Origin: Candidatus Nanopelagicales bacterium
Lineage (GTDB): Bacteria > Actinomycetota > Actinomycetes > S36-B12 > UBA5976
Assembly (NCBI GenBank): GCA_036819575.1
Contig: DAIRXT010000002.1
Coordinates: forward strand, 1 to 34,699
DNA: 34,699 bases
Direction of reading: 5' to 3'
Shown here: piece after piece, positions 18,395-26,796 of the stretch
How the letters are laid out: each line of letters starts with the position of its first letter
Position numbering within the stretch: position 1 is the first letter of the stretch
Made by a program: the position numbers and the translations under genes
The notes under the pieces: generated by a model
Told to the model about the DNA's origin: nothing
The model's input: only the letters and a program-made list of their open reading frames with translations
Database searches by the model: none

Positions 18395-19983
18395 TATCTG
18401 AGTCTAAGTCCTGGACAAGGATAGTCAAACACGGGAAAAGCAAAAGTTTTGATTTGCGAAAGATGTTTAGTAAAGATCCCCAGAGGGGCAAGAATTTCAG
18501 TCTTAAGATCGCAGATCTTAATTTTGACTACAGTAAATCACTAATTGATGATAAAACCATTAAGGATTTCTTATCACTGGCTAAAGAAATAAAGCTCGAC
18601 AAGAAAATAAGTGATCTACTTAGTGGGGAATTGATAAACAACACCGAAAAACGTTCAGTTGGACATATCTGGTTAAGAAGCAAAGATTTAAGACCCTCAA
18701 AGATAGAGGGAGTAAGTGAAATTGACCGCGTTCAATCAAATTTCTTGGATTTTGCATCAGATGTTAGGTCGGGAAGGATTAAAGGACATTCCGGTAAGAA
18801 TTTTTCAGATGTTGTCAATATTGGGATAGGGGGATCGGATTTAGGTCCAGCAATGCTTTACAAGGCATTACTTCACAAGCACGATGGAAAAGTAAATTGC
18901 CACTTTGTCTCAAATATTGATGAGCTTGAAATCTCGCAATTTTTAAAGAATCTAAATCCTGAATCAACACTTTTTGTTGTTACAAGTAAAACTTTCACTA
19001 CGGCAGAGACATTAAAAAATGCTAACTTTGCCAAGAGGTGGCTAGTAAATTCTCAAGGCCAAGATGCAGTCAGGAATCATTTTGTTGCAATAAGTACTAG
19101 TGCAAATGCTTGTCGAGATTTTGGCGTTGATTCAAATAGAATCTTTCCATTTTGGGATTGGGTTGGTGGTCGATTCTCTGTTTTTAGTTCTGTAGGTATC
19201 TCACTAGCTCTAGGTTATGGCTCTGACTCTTTTAAAGATCTTCAAAAAGGCGCCTCTGAAATTGACTCGTATCTAAAAGCAAAGGACCTTAGTCAAAATG
19301 CAGCCTTTATTCACGCAATAATTAACATTTGGAATCTCAATATTTTGAAGCTTAATTCGTTAGCCGTTATTCCTTACACAAGTTCGTTGTCAAGATTTCC
19401 TGCATATTTGCAGCAATTGTGGATGGAAAGTAATGGAAAGTCTGTTACTAAAAGTGGTAAAAAGTCTAAACTAAAAACTAGTCCAGTGATATTTGGAGAA
19501 CCAGGCACAAATTCCCAGCACTCCTTCTTCCAAATGCTTCATCAAGGAAATCAAGTAATTCCAGTAGATTTTGTTCTAGTTAAGGATGAACTAGGCCAAG
19601 ATAAGGAATTTCAGGATTCATTGTTTGCCAATGCCCTGGCGCAAGCAGCAGTTTTAGCATTCGGCAAAAATAAAGATGAACTAAAAAGTGAAAAAACAGA
19701 TAATGACTTAATCAGTCATAAAACTATGCCCGGAAATCGTCCCTCAAACATAATCACCCTACCTAACCTAGAAGAGAAATCATTAGGCCAACTAATTGGA
19801 TTTTATGAATCAAGTGTGATTTTTCAAGGACTCCTGCTCAATATAAATTCGTTTGATCAGTGGGGAGTTGAGTTAGGTAAAAAAACTGCCTCAAACATAC
19901 TTAAATCAATGTCTGATGCTACAAAACCTGATTATGACTCGTCAACTAATCAGCAAATCTTGAACTACAAAGAGAAAAACTAG
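18391..19983 (+). CDS. pgi: Glucose-6-phosphate isomerase
   Basis: GIGGSDLGP, VVTSKTFTTAET and QQLWMESNGK (catalytic Glu context) are PGI signatures. ATGA overlap with mshC. Confidence 0.9.
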   Translation: MISESKSWTRIVKHGKSKSFDLRKMFSKDPQRGKNFSLKIADLNFDYSKSLIDDKTIKDFLSLAKEIKLDKKISDLLSGELINNTEKRSVGHIWLRSKDLRPSKIEGVSEIDRVQSNFLDFASDVRSGRIKGHSGKNFSDVVNIGIGGSDLGPAMLYKALLHKHDGKVNCHFVSNIDELEISQFLKNLNPESTLFVVTSKTFTTAETLKNANFAKRWLVNSQGQDAVRNHFVAISTSANACRDFGVDSNRIFPFWDWVGGRFSVFSSVGISLALGYGSDSFKDLQKGASEIDSYLKAKDLSQNAAFIHAIINIWNLNILKLNSLAVIPYTSSLSRFPAYLQQLWMESNGKSVTKSGKKSKLKTSPVIFGEPGTNSQHSFFQMLHQGNQVIPVDFVLVKDELGQDKEFQDSLFANALAQAAVLAFGKNKDELKSEKTDNDLISHKTMPGNRPSNIITLPNLEEKSLGQLIGFYESSVIFQGLLLNINSFDQWGVELGKKTASNILKSMSDATKPDYDSSTNQQILNYKEKN

Positions 19984-20834
19984 TCCTTAGTTCTTCTTTT
20001 CAAGTATCTTTCGAATTCTCGAGCAATTGCCTCGCCGCTTGCCTCTGGCAAATCTGATGCATCGACATTCGATTCTAATCTTGTTACATATTCACTAATC
20101 TCTTCATCTTCAGCAGCAAGTTCATCGACGCCGTCTTGCCAGGCCCTTGATTCATCTACTAAATCATCTAAAGGAATTGAAATATCTAGTAAATCTTCTA
20201 ACTTCGAGATCAAAGCCAAAGTACCTTTTGGATTTGGGGGCGATGAAACATAATGTGGAATTGCTGCCCAAAGCGAGATGCTGGCAATTTCGCGTTGTGT
20301 CGCCCCGTCTTGAATTACACCAATAATTCCTGTTGGACCTTCATATGCTGATGGTTCGAAATCTAATTGCTCGGTTAATTCCGTGGTAGCTGCAACAGTT
20401 GTTACAGGTACAGGTCTTGTGTGTGGAGCATCAGCAAGTAGTGCACCACAAGAGATAATCAAAGATGTTTCGTAATCATCAAAAATGTCTAAAAGTTCAG
20501 CAACATAAGAACGCCATTTCATATTAGGTTCAATTCCTTGAACCAATAAAACTGGATTTGGTGAACCAGGTGGGTCAGCCAGATAAATTCTGGTTGTTGG
20601 CCAATCAATAACTCGACTTCCTTCATCAGTTAATCGCACTCTAGGCCTTGCAACTTGGTAATCGTAATAATTATCAGGATCAATTGATCCAATTTCGGTG
20701 GCATCCCACACATCTATTAAGTGATCAATCACATTAGATGCTGTTTCCCCGGCATCATTCCAACCCAGAAATGCACAAATAGCCACAGGGTTCTTAGCTA
20801 ATAAACCCTTGATGGTTTTAGTCTCTGAGTTCAC
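19980..20834 (-). CDS. PAC2 (proteasome assembly chaperone 2)-family protein, Rv2125-like
   Basis: The N-terminal LLAKNPVAICAFLGWNDAGETAS and overall length match the actinobacterial PAC2-domain family as recalled. GTG start 3 nt downstream of GGAGG. Confidence 0.7.
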   Translation of the reverse strand: MNSETKTIKGLLAKNPVAICAFLGWNDAGETASNVIDHLIDVWDATEIGSIDPDNYYDYQVARPRVRLTDEGSRVIDWPTTRIYLADPPGSPNPVLLVQGIEPNMKWRSYVAELLDIFDDYETSLIISCGALLADAPHTRPVPVTTVAATTELTEQLDFEPSAYEGPTGIIGVIQDGATQREIASISLWAAIPHYVSSPPNPKGTLALISKLEDLLDISIPLDDLVDESRAWQDGVDELAAEDEEISEYVTRLESNVDASDLPEASGEAIAREFERYLKRRTKD

Positions 20835-20959
20835 ATGCCTCCGTCAAGCATTATGCAAGAATCATTCTGGTATCCAAAGTAGTCTCTCAGGTAGCCAAAC
20901 TTTCCCAGACATCCGGCATTTGCCAGATGGCATAAGTCCCAAATTGAGGAGCCTTATTC

Positions 20960-21628
20960 ATGCGTGCGCTACTGATCGACATGGATGGGACTTTAGTTGA
21001 AACCGAAACTAGATGGTGGCAAGCCGAGATCGATGTTATGGAAAAACATGGTTCAACATGGGATGTGGATGACCAAAATCAAGCAATAGGTGGACCACTT
21101 CAAGCTGTTGCAGATTACATGGCAGCAAAAGCAAAATCTGACGCAAAACAAATGCATCAAGAAATTGTTGATGCAATGTATGAATCTTTCACAAAGAATC
21201 CACCAGAATTGCAACCTGGTTGGTTTGAAATTTTGACAGAGGCAAAAAAAGCGCATTTAAAAATAGCGTTAGTAACTGCGTCAAATAGATATCTGGCCGA
21301 GACATTATTAAAATCAAGTAAACTAGAACACTATTTTGATTTTGTTGTCACTTCAGATGATTTACCGCGAACTAAACCCCACCCTGATCCATACCTACAC
21401 GCAGCTAAACACTTTGGTTTAGATGTTTTGGAATGCCTTGTCTTTGAGGACTCAAATACTGGTGTGACAAGTTCACTATCAGCTGGTATGCCAACAATTG
21501 CACTGCCAGATAGAGTTTTATTGGATGCTCGAAGAGGAATGAAAATATTTAACGGATTAAAAGGTGTAAATTTAGCGCTTCTGAAACAAACCCATCAAGA
21601 GCTTGTTAAAGAATGGCAAGAGATCTAA
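20960..21628 (+). CDS. HAD-superfamily hydrolase (beta-phosphoglucomutase/phosphatase-like, subfamily IA)
   Basis: Motif I LIDMDGTLVETE (DxDGT), motif II VTAS, and a KPHPDPY ... EDSNTG motif III/IV arrangement. Confidence 0.8.
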   Translation: MRALLIDMDGTLVETETRWWQAEIDVMEKHGSTWDVDDQNQAIGGPLQAVADYMAAKAKSDAKQMHQEIVDAMYESFTKNPPELQPGWFEILTEAKKAHLKIALVTASNRYLAETLLKSSKLEHYFDFVVTSDDLPRTKPHPDPYLHAAKHFGLDVLECLVFEDSNTGVTSSLSAGMPTIALPDRVLLDARRGMKIFNGLKGVNLALLKQTHQELVKEWQEI

Positions 21629-22438
21629 TTAATTGTATTCAGGACAAATTGATTTAAAGTAGCAATAATCACATAGTCTAGAAACCTTTGTTGGCCACGT
21701 GTTATTTGCTTTAGAATCTTGGATTTGAGAGGCAATTGATTCTACTTTACTAAGAGTAATATCTATATCACTTTGATCTGGCTCATAAGTAAGAATCTGA
21801 GAATCTTTTAAGTAGATTAATCTCAACATTTTAGGAATCTGATTAGTCGCTTTGAAAATTACTAAAGCATAAAACTTTAGTTGAAACATTGCTTTTGAAG
21901 AGAAATTTTCATTCGGACTCTTACCTGTTTTATAGTCGTTAATCCTCAGCCAACCTTGTGGTGAAATATCGATTCGATCAACGTAACCTTTTATTTTCAA
22001 GGTTGGATTAAGGTCAAATTCAATTAATTCTTCTGTTGACTTAGGTTGTACTTTTGATGGATCTTCTAATCCAAAGTAGTTTGCAATCAAGGTTTTAGCC
22101 TCGTTGAAAAGTTGCTGCACCTTTTCTATAGGTGCAGTAGCAGCTTCTACTAATGGAAATTTTATGTTTTCATCTAGAGCACACACCAATTCAGGTTCTT
22201 CTTTTAATAATTCATTAAAGCATTCTTCAATTGTTAGCACTGCTTCTTCAAAAGATCTGTTTTGAGGTTGGTTAGCAAACATTTTCTCTAACACCAAATG
22301 AACTAATGAGCCTCTTAATGCGTCAATCCCAGGTCTTTCAACTATTTTGTCGATTGCTCTGTATTTATATAGAGCAGGACATTGCTGATAGTCGGAGATG
22401 CGGGAGGGTGAAAGTTGGAGCATTTCAATTTCTGACAT
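21629..22438 (-). CDS. PD-(D/E)XK nuclease, RecB/Cas4-like with four-Cys cluster
   Basis: YVDRIDI ... INDYKTGK ... QLKFYAL are the RecB-nuclease motifs II, III and QxxxY. There is an N-terminal Cys (YQQCPALY) and a C-terminal CDYCYFKSIC (Cx2Cx5C), as in Cas4/AddB Fe-S nucleases. Confidence 0.75.
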   Translation of the reverse strand: MSEIEMLQLSPSRISDYQQCPALYKYRAIDKIVERPGIDALRGSLVHLVLEKMFANQPQNRSFEEAVLTIEECFNELLKEEPELVCALDENIKFPLVEAATAPIEKVQQLFNEAKTLIANYFGLEDPSKVQPKSTEELIEFDLNPTLKIKGYVDRIDISPQGWLRINDYKTGKSPNENFSSKAMFQLKFYALVIFKATNQIPKMLRLIYLKDSQILTYEPDQSDIDITLSKVESIASQIQDSKANNTWPTKVSRLCDYCYFKSICPEYN

Positions 22439-22496
22439 GAGTCAACCATAGGCTCAAACCCTGACAAAATCTGCAACTTCGTAGACTTTTGCTCAT

Positions 22497-23369
22497 ATGA
22501 AACTTTCTCTTGGTTCCTTAGTTACCATTACTGATCAAAAAGGTAGATCTCACACAGTTTTACTAGAAGAAGGAAAGCAGTTTTTTACCAACCACGGATC
22601 CATTAATCATGATGAAATCATCAAATCTGGTGAAGGTGGCGTAGTTTCAAGTTCAAGTGGGATGCTCTACACAATTTTTAGTCCTGCACTCCAAGATTTT
22701 GTTGTAGGCATGCCCAGAGGTGCCGCGGTAATTTATCCAAAAGATGCAGCACAAATAGTTGAACTAGGAGATATGAAACCTGGTTCCAAAGTTTTGGAAG
22801 CTGGCGTTGGTTCGGGATCTTTAACACTTCACATTTTAAGAACTATCGGCGAAAGCGGATCACTTACCTCTTGTGAGATTAGAGAGGAGTTTCTCAAAGT
22901 AGCAAGTAAAAACGTAGAGAAATATTTAGGTTATATTCCCCAAAATTGGAATCTTAAATTGACCGACATTGCAGAGTTTTCCTCTGATGAAAAATTTGAT
23001 TGCATAGTTTTAGATTTACTAAATCCTTGGGACATGATCGATGTCGTATATAAGCATCTACGAGCTGGTGGACATTTTGTTGCTTACCTAGCCACCACAA
23101 CGCAAATGTCTCGCTTAGTTGAAGCGTTAAAAGAAACAAATAACTGGACTGATGCCATTGCATCGGAAACCCTTTATCGAGAATGGCATTTGCAAGGCTT
23201 GTCTGTAAGACCAAAGCATCGTATGAGTGGTCATACAGGATTTCTGGTCCATAGTCGAAGAATGGCTGATGGCGTTAGTGTTCCACCTCGACGACAAAAG
23301 CCTGCTAAAGGCGCTTATGGTGCTGATTACATAGCCAAACAGAGTCAAGAAGCAGAAGACGATATTTAA
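22497..23369 (+). CDS. trmI: tRNA (adenine58-N1)-methyltransferase TrmI
   Basis: MPRGAAVIYPKDAAQIVELGDMKPGSKVLEAGVGSGSLT is near-identical to the recalled Rv2118c segment. SAM-binding GxGxG is present. Lies upstream of arc as in mycobacteria. Confidence 0.88.
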   Translation: MKLSLGSLVTITDQKGRSHTVLLEEGKQFFTNHGSINHDEIIKSGEGGVVSSSSGMLYTIFSPALQDFVVGMPRGAAVIYPKDAAQIVELGDMKPGSKVLEAGVGSGSLTLHILRTIGESGSLTSCEIREEFLKVASKNVEKYLGYIPQNWNLKLTDIAEFSSDEKFDCIVLDLLNPWDMIDVVYKHLRAGGHFVAYLATTTQMSRLVEALKETNNWTDAIASETLYREWHLQGLSVRPKHRMSGHTGFLVHSRRMADGVSVPPRRQKPAKGAYGADYIAKQSQEAEDDI

Positions 23370-23405
23370 AGATAGAATTGACTTCTAGATTATTGGAGGA
23401 TTCAA

Positions 23406-25043
23406 ATGTCGCAAGATTTGACATCCAATCAATCTATTTCTGAAGTAAATAAAAGTCTTGACGATCTAAAGTCAAAAAATATCGAATTGGTAAATCTCTT
23501 ATCCGATGCAAGATTGCAACTATTAGCGCTTAAAGAGCAGGTAGAACAACTTGGTCAACCACCATCAGGATTTGGAATATTTCTTGATCTAAATCAAGAA
23601 GATGCCGACATTCTCATCAACGGTAAAAAAATGAGAGTAATAATCTCACCTGACATTGATAAAAATCTGTTAACTCCTGGTAGAGAAGTAATTCTAAATG
23701 AAGCTCTAAACATTATTTCTGTACAAGGATTTGAAAAAGCAGGAGAAATTGTTACCTTGAAAAGCCTGCTTGAAGACAAAGATCGTGCTGTCGTGATTGG
23801 TAGAGCAGATGAGGAAAGAGTCGTAAGAATTGCTGATTCGCTGGTTGGAATCGAAATTAAAGCCGGTGACTCATTAGTTCTAGATACAAAAAGTGGTTTC
23901 ATATATGAAAAGATTCCGAAGAGTGACGTTGAAGAATTAGTTCTCGAAGAAGTTCCAGATGTGAAGTATGAAGATATTGGTGGTTTAGGTAAACAAATCG
24001 AGCAAATAAGAGATGCGGTAGAACTACCATTTCTTCAAAAAGATTTATACAAGGAATACCAACTTAAAGCGCCCAAAGGAATCTTGCTTTATGGTCCTCC
24101 TGGATGCGGTAAAACTCTAATCGCTAAAGCAGTAGCTAATTCTTTAGCAAAAAAAGTTTCTGAAAAGACTGGAAACGATACCGGTAAATCATATTTCTTA
24201 AATATTAAAGGTCCCGAACTATTAAATAAATATGTTGGCGAAACAGAAAGACACATCAGACTAATTTTCCAAAGGGCACGAGACAAAGCTAGTGAAGGTA
24301 TGCCAGTCATTGTTTTCTTTGACGAGATGGATTCTTTGTTCAAAACCCGTGGAAGTGGTGTTTCAAGTGATGTTGAAAACACAATTGTTCCTCAATTATT
24401 AAGTGAGATCGATGGTGTCGAAGGACTAGAAAACGTAATTGTGATTGGCGCATCTAATCGTGAAGACATGATCGATCCTGCAATTCTTCGACCAGGCCGC
24501 CTTGATGTAAAAATTAAAATTGAAAGACCAGATGCACAAGGTGCTTCAGAAATACTTTCCAAGTATTTAACTCCTGATCTTCCCCTGAATCAAGATGATC
24601 TTGATCAACACAAAGGTGATCGTCAAGCAACAGTTAACTCGATGATTCAAAGAGCTGTTGAAAGAATGTTTAACGATTCAGATGAGAACAGATTCATTGA
24701 AGTAACTTATGCAAATGGCGATAAGGAAGTTCTCTACTTCAAGGATTTCTCAAGTGGTGCGATGCTAGAAAACATCGTTTCACGGGCCAAGAAAACAGCG
24801 ATAAAAGAATTCTTACAAAATCAGAAAAAAGGAATTAGAGTGGAGCATTTGCTCTTGGCATGTTTAGAGGAATTTAGAGAGAATGAAGATTTGCCTAATT
24901 CAACTAACCCAGATGATTGGGCCAGAATCTCAGGCAAAAAGGGTGAACGAATTGTATTTTTAAGAACTTTGATTCAAAGTAAACAAGGAGCTGAACCAGG
25001 TCGTTCTATTAAAACCCTAGGTTCAAATGGCCAAATTAAATAA
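23406..25043 (+). CDS. arc: AAA+ ATPase ARC/Mpa (proteasome-associated ATPase family)
   Basis: N-terminal coiled coil, OB-domain region, Walker A GPPGCGKT, Walker [10 protein letters not shown] and the arginine-finger region [13 protein letters not shown] Shine-Dalgarno. First gene of the Pup locus. Confidence 0.95.
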   Translation: MSQDLTSNQSISEVNKSLDDLKSKNIELVNLLSDARLQLLALKEQVEQLGQPPSGFGIFLDLNQEDADILINGKKMRVIISPDIDKNLLTPGREVILNEALNIISVQGFEKAGEIVTLKSLLEDKDRAVVIGRADEERVVRIADSLVGIEIKAGDSLVLDTKSGFIYEKIPKSDVEELVLEEVPDVKYEDIGGLGKQIEQIRDAVELPFLQKDLYKEYQLKAPKGILLYGPPGCGKTLIAKAVANSLAKKVSEKTGNDTGKSYFLNIKGPELLNKYVGETERHIRLIFQRARDKASEGMPVIVFFDEMDSLFKTRGSGVSSDVENTIVPQLLSEIDGVEGLENVIVIGASNREDMIDPAILRPGRLDVKIKIERPDAQGASEILSKYLTPDLPLNQDDLDQHKGDRQATVNSMIQRAVERMFNDSDENRFIEVTYANGDKEVLYFKDFSSGAMLENIVSRAKKTAIKEFLQNQKKGIRVEHLLLACLEEFRENEDLPNSTNPDDWARISGKKGERIVFLRTLIQSKQGAEPGRSIKTLGSNGQIK

Positions 25044-25057
25044 AGATTGCTCATAAA

Positions 25058-26569
25058 TTGTCAATCAAAAGAGTAATGGGCATTGAAAATGAATATGGGA
25101 TTACCAGTGCAAAAAACACTGATCCTGTCACCTTGTCTAATCGAATAGTTCTTGCATACGCCAAACATAAGTATCCAAATATAAATATTCGGTGGGATTA
25201 TGATGTTGAAAATCCTTTACGAGATGCTCGAGGTTTTGACTTATCCAGAAGTGATGCAGATTTCTCTCTTTTAACAGACGAAGACCAAAGTATTCCCAAC
25301 ATTGTTTTGCCAAACGGTGCAAGATTTTATGTTGACCACGCTCATCCAGAGTATTCATCTCCTGAAGTTCTAACTCCGACAGAAGTTGTGAAATGGGATT
25401 TAGCAGGCGAGAGAGTTATGCAAATTGCCGTCTCGCTAGATTCTCAAATTTATCCTCAAGACCCAATTCGGATATTTAAAAATAATGTTGACAATAAGGG
25501 TGCAAGTTATGGAACCCATGAAAATTACATGACAAAGAGGTCAATTGATTTTAAAGACCTTGTAAACGGTTTAACGCCTCACTTTGTGACTCGGCAAATT
25601 TATTGTGGTGCCGGAAGGATTGGTATAAATCAAGATTCTTCAAAGAAAGGTTTTCAAATATCACAAAGAGCTGATTATATTGAAGCCCACGTTGGTTTAG
25701 AAACCACATTAAGACGACCAATAATCAACACTAGAGACGAGCCTCATTGCGACTCAAAAATAAATAGAAGATTGCACGTCATAATTGGTGATGCCAACAT
25801 GAGTGATTTTGCAACTATTCTTAAATTTGGCTCTACATCTCTAATTTTAAGCATGATTGAAAATGACTTCGCTGACTTTAATGAGGTTGAGATTGAACGT
25901 CCAGTTGAAGTAATTAAGGAAGTCTCACAAGATTTAGATCTTGAAAAGATCTATTCTCTAACAAACGGTAAAAAGATATCAGCCTTAGATATACAGTGGT
26001 GGTATTTAGAAAAGGCTAATCAATATGTCAAATCAATTGGCATTGATTCTGAGTCAAAGTTAGTACTTGAGTTCTGGGAAGAGGCACTAACAGGTCTTGC
26101 CAATGATAAACATAAATTATCAGATCGAATTGATTGGATCGCTAAACAAAATTTGATCACAACCTACATTGACGACAAAGGACTCAGTATCGATGATCCG
26201 ATCGTCGAAGCAATAGATATTAAGTACAGCGAGATTACTGCAGCAAATGGCATCGCACAAATATTGAGAAGTAACAATCGACTCAAAAGATATCTAACGA
26301 ACGAGCAAATTGAAGATGCAATTGATGAGCCACCAGCCTCAACTAGAGCTTGGTTTCGTGGCAAAGTTTTATCTAAATTCCCTGATTCAGTATCAGCAGC
26401 CTCCTGGGATAGCGTCATTTTAGATCTTGACAAAAATGAGCCCTTGCTAAGAATCTCCACAACAGATCCACTGCGTGGAACGAAGGAATTAGCCGAAGAG
26501 ATACTAGAAAGTTCAAATAATGTCCAAGAGTTGGCCAATTTAATTAGAAAAAATCCACATGTTAACTAA
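25058..26569 (+). CDS. dop: Pup deamidase/depupylase Dop
   Basis: N-terminal MGIENEYG. It is a glutamine-synthetase-like paralog of PafA, about 50 aa longer. Lies directly upstream of pup. TTG start (25058) gives an N-terminus parallel to PafA; an in-frame ATG at 25076 is the alternative. Confidence 0.9.
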   Translation: MSIKRVMGIENEYGITSAKNTDPVTLSNRIVLAYAKHKYPNINIRWDYDVENPLRDARGFDLSRSDADFSLLTDEDQSIPNIVLPNGARFYVDHAHPEYSSPEVLTPTEVVKWDLAGERVMQIAVSLDSQIYPQDPIRIFKNNVDNKGASYGTHENYMTKRSIDFKDLVNGLTPHFVTRQIYCGAGRIGINQDSSKKGFQISQRADYIEAHVGLETTLRRPIINTRDEPHCDSKINRRLHVIIGDANMSDFATILKFGSTSLILSMIENDFADFNEVEIERPVEVIKEVSQDLDLEKIYSLTNGKKISALDIQWWYLEKANQYVKSIGIDSESKLVLEFWEEALTGLANDKHKLSDRIDWIAKQNLITTYIDDKGLSIDDPIVEAIDIKYSEITAANGIAQILRSNNRLKRYLTNEQIEDAIDEPPASTRAWFRGKVLSKFPDSVSAASWDSVILDLDKNEPLLRISTTDPLRGTKELAEEILESSNNVQELANLIRKNPHVN

Positions 26570-26593
26570 ACTAAAGAGTATTGAGAGGAAATA

Positions 26594-26773
26594 ATGAGCG
26601 AGCAAGTTCATAGACCAAAGTCCGGAAATCAGAACAATTTCGATGATGTCGAAGTTGCTTTTAGTAAACCCCAAACCACAGATATTGATTCTGTTTTGGA
26701 TGAGATCGATGCAGTTTTAGAGAAAAACGCTGAAGAATTTGTAAAGGGATTCATTCAAAAAGGCGGACAGTAA
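26594..26773 (+). CDS. pup: Prokaryotic ubiquitin-like protein Pup (59 aa, C-terminal GGQ)
   Basis: Translated by hand, not in the ORF track: MSEQVHRPKSGNQNNFDDVEVAFSKPQTTDIDSVLDEIDAVLEKNAEEFVKGFIQKGGQ*. GAGAGGAA Shine-Dalgarno at 26583-26590. Conserved LDEID-VLE-NAE-FV---QKGGQ tail. Confidence 0.92.
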   Translation: MSEQVHRPKSGNQNNFDDVEVAFSKPQTTDIDSVLDEIDAVLEKNAEEFVKGFIQKGGQ

Positions 26774-26796
26774 TTGAGAAGATTTTTAGGACAAAA

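Noticed and set aside
26164-26538. 124-aa ORF antisense to the 3' part of dop
   Set aside because: It lies entirely within a confidently called gene, the translation is Ser/Leu-rich and low-complexity, and it has no ribosome-binding site.
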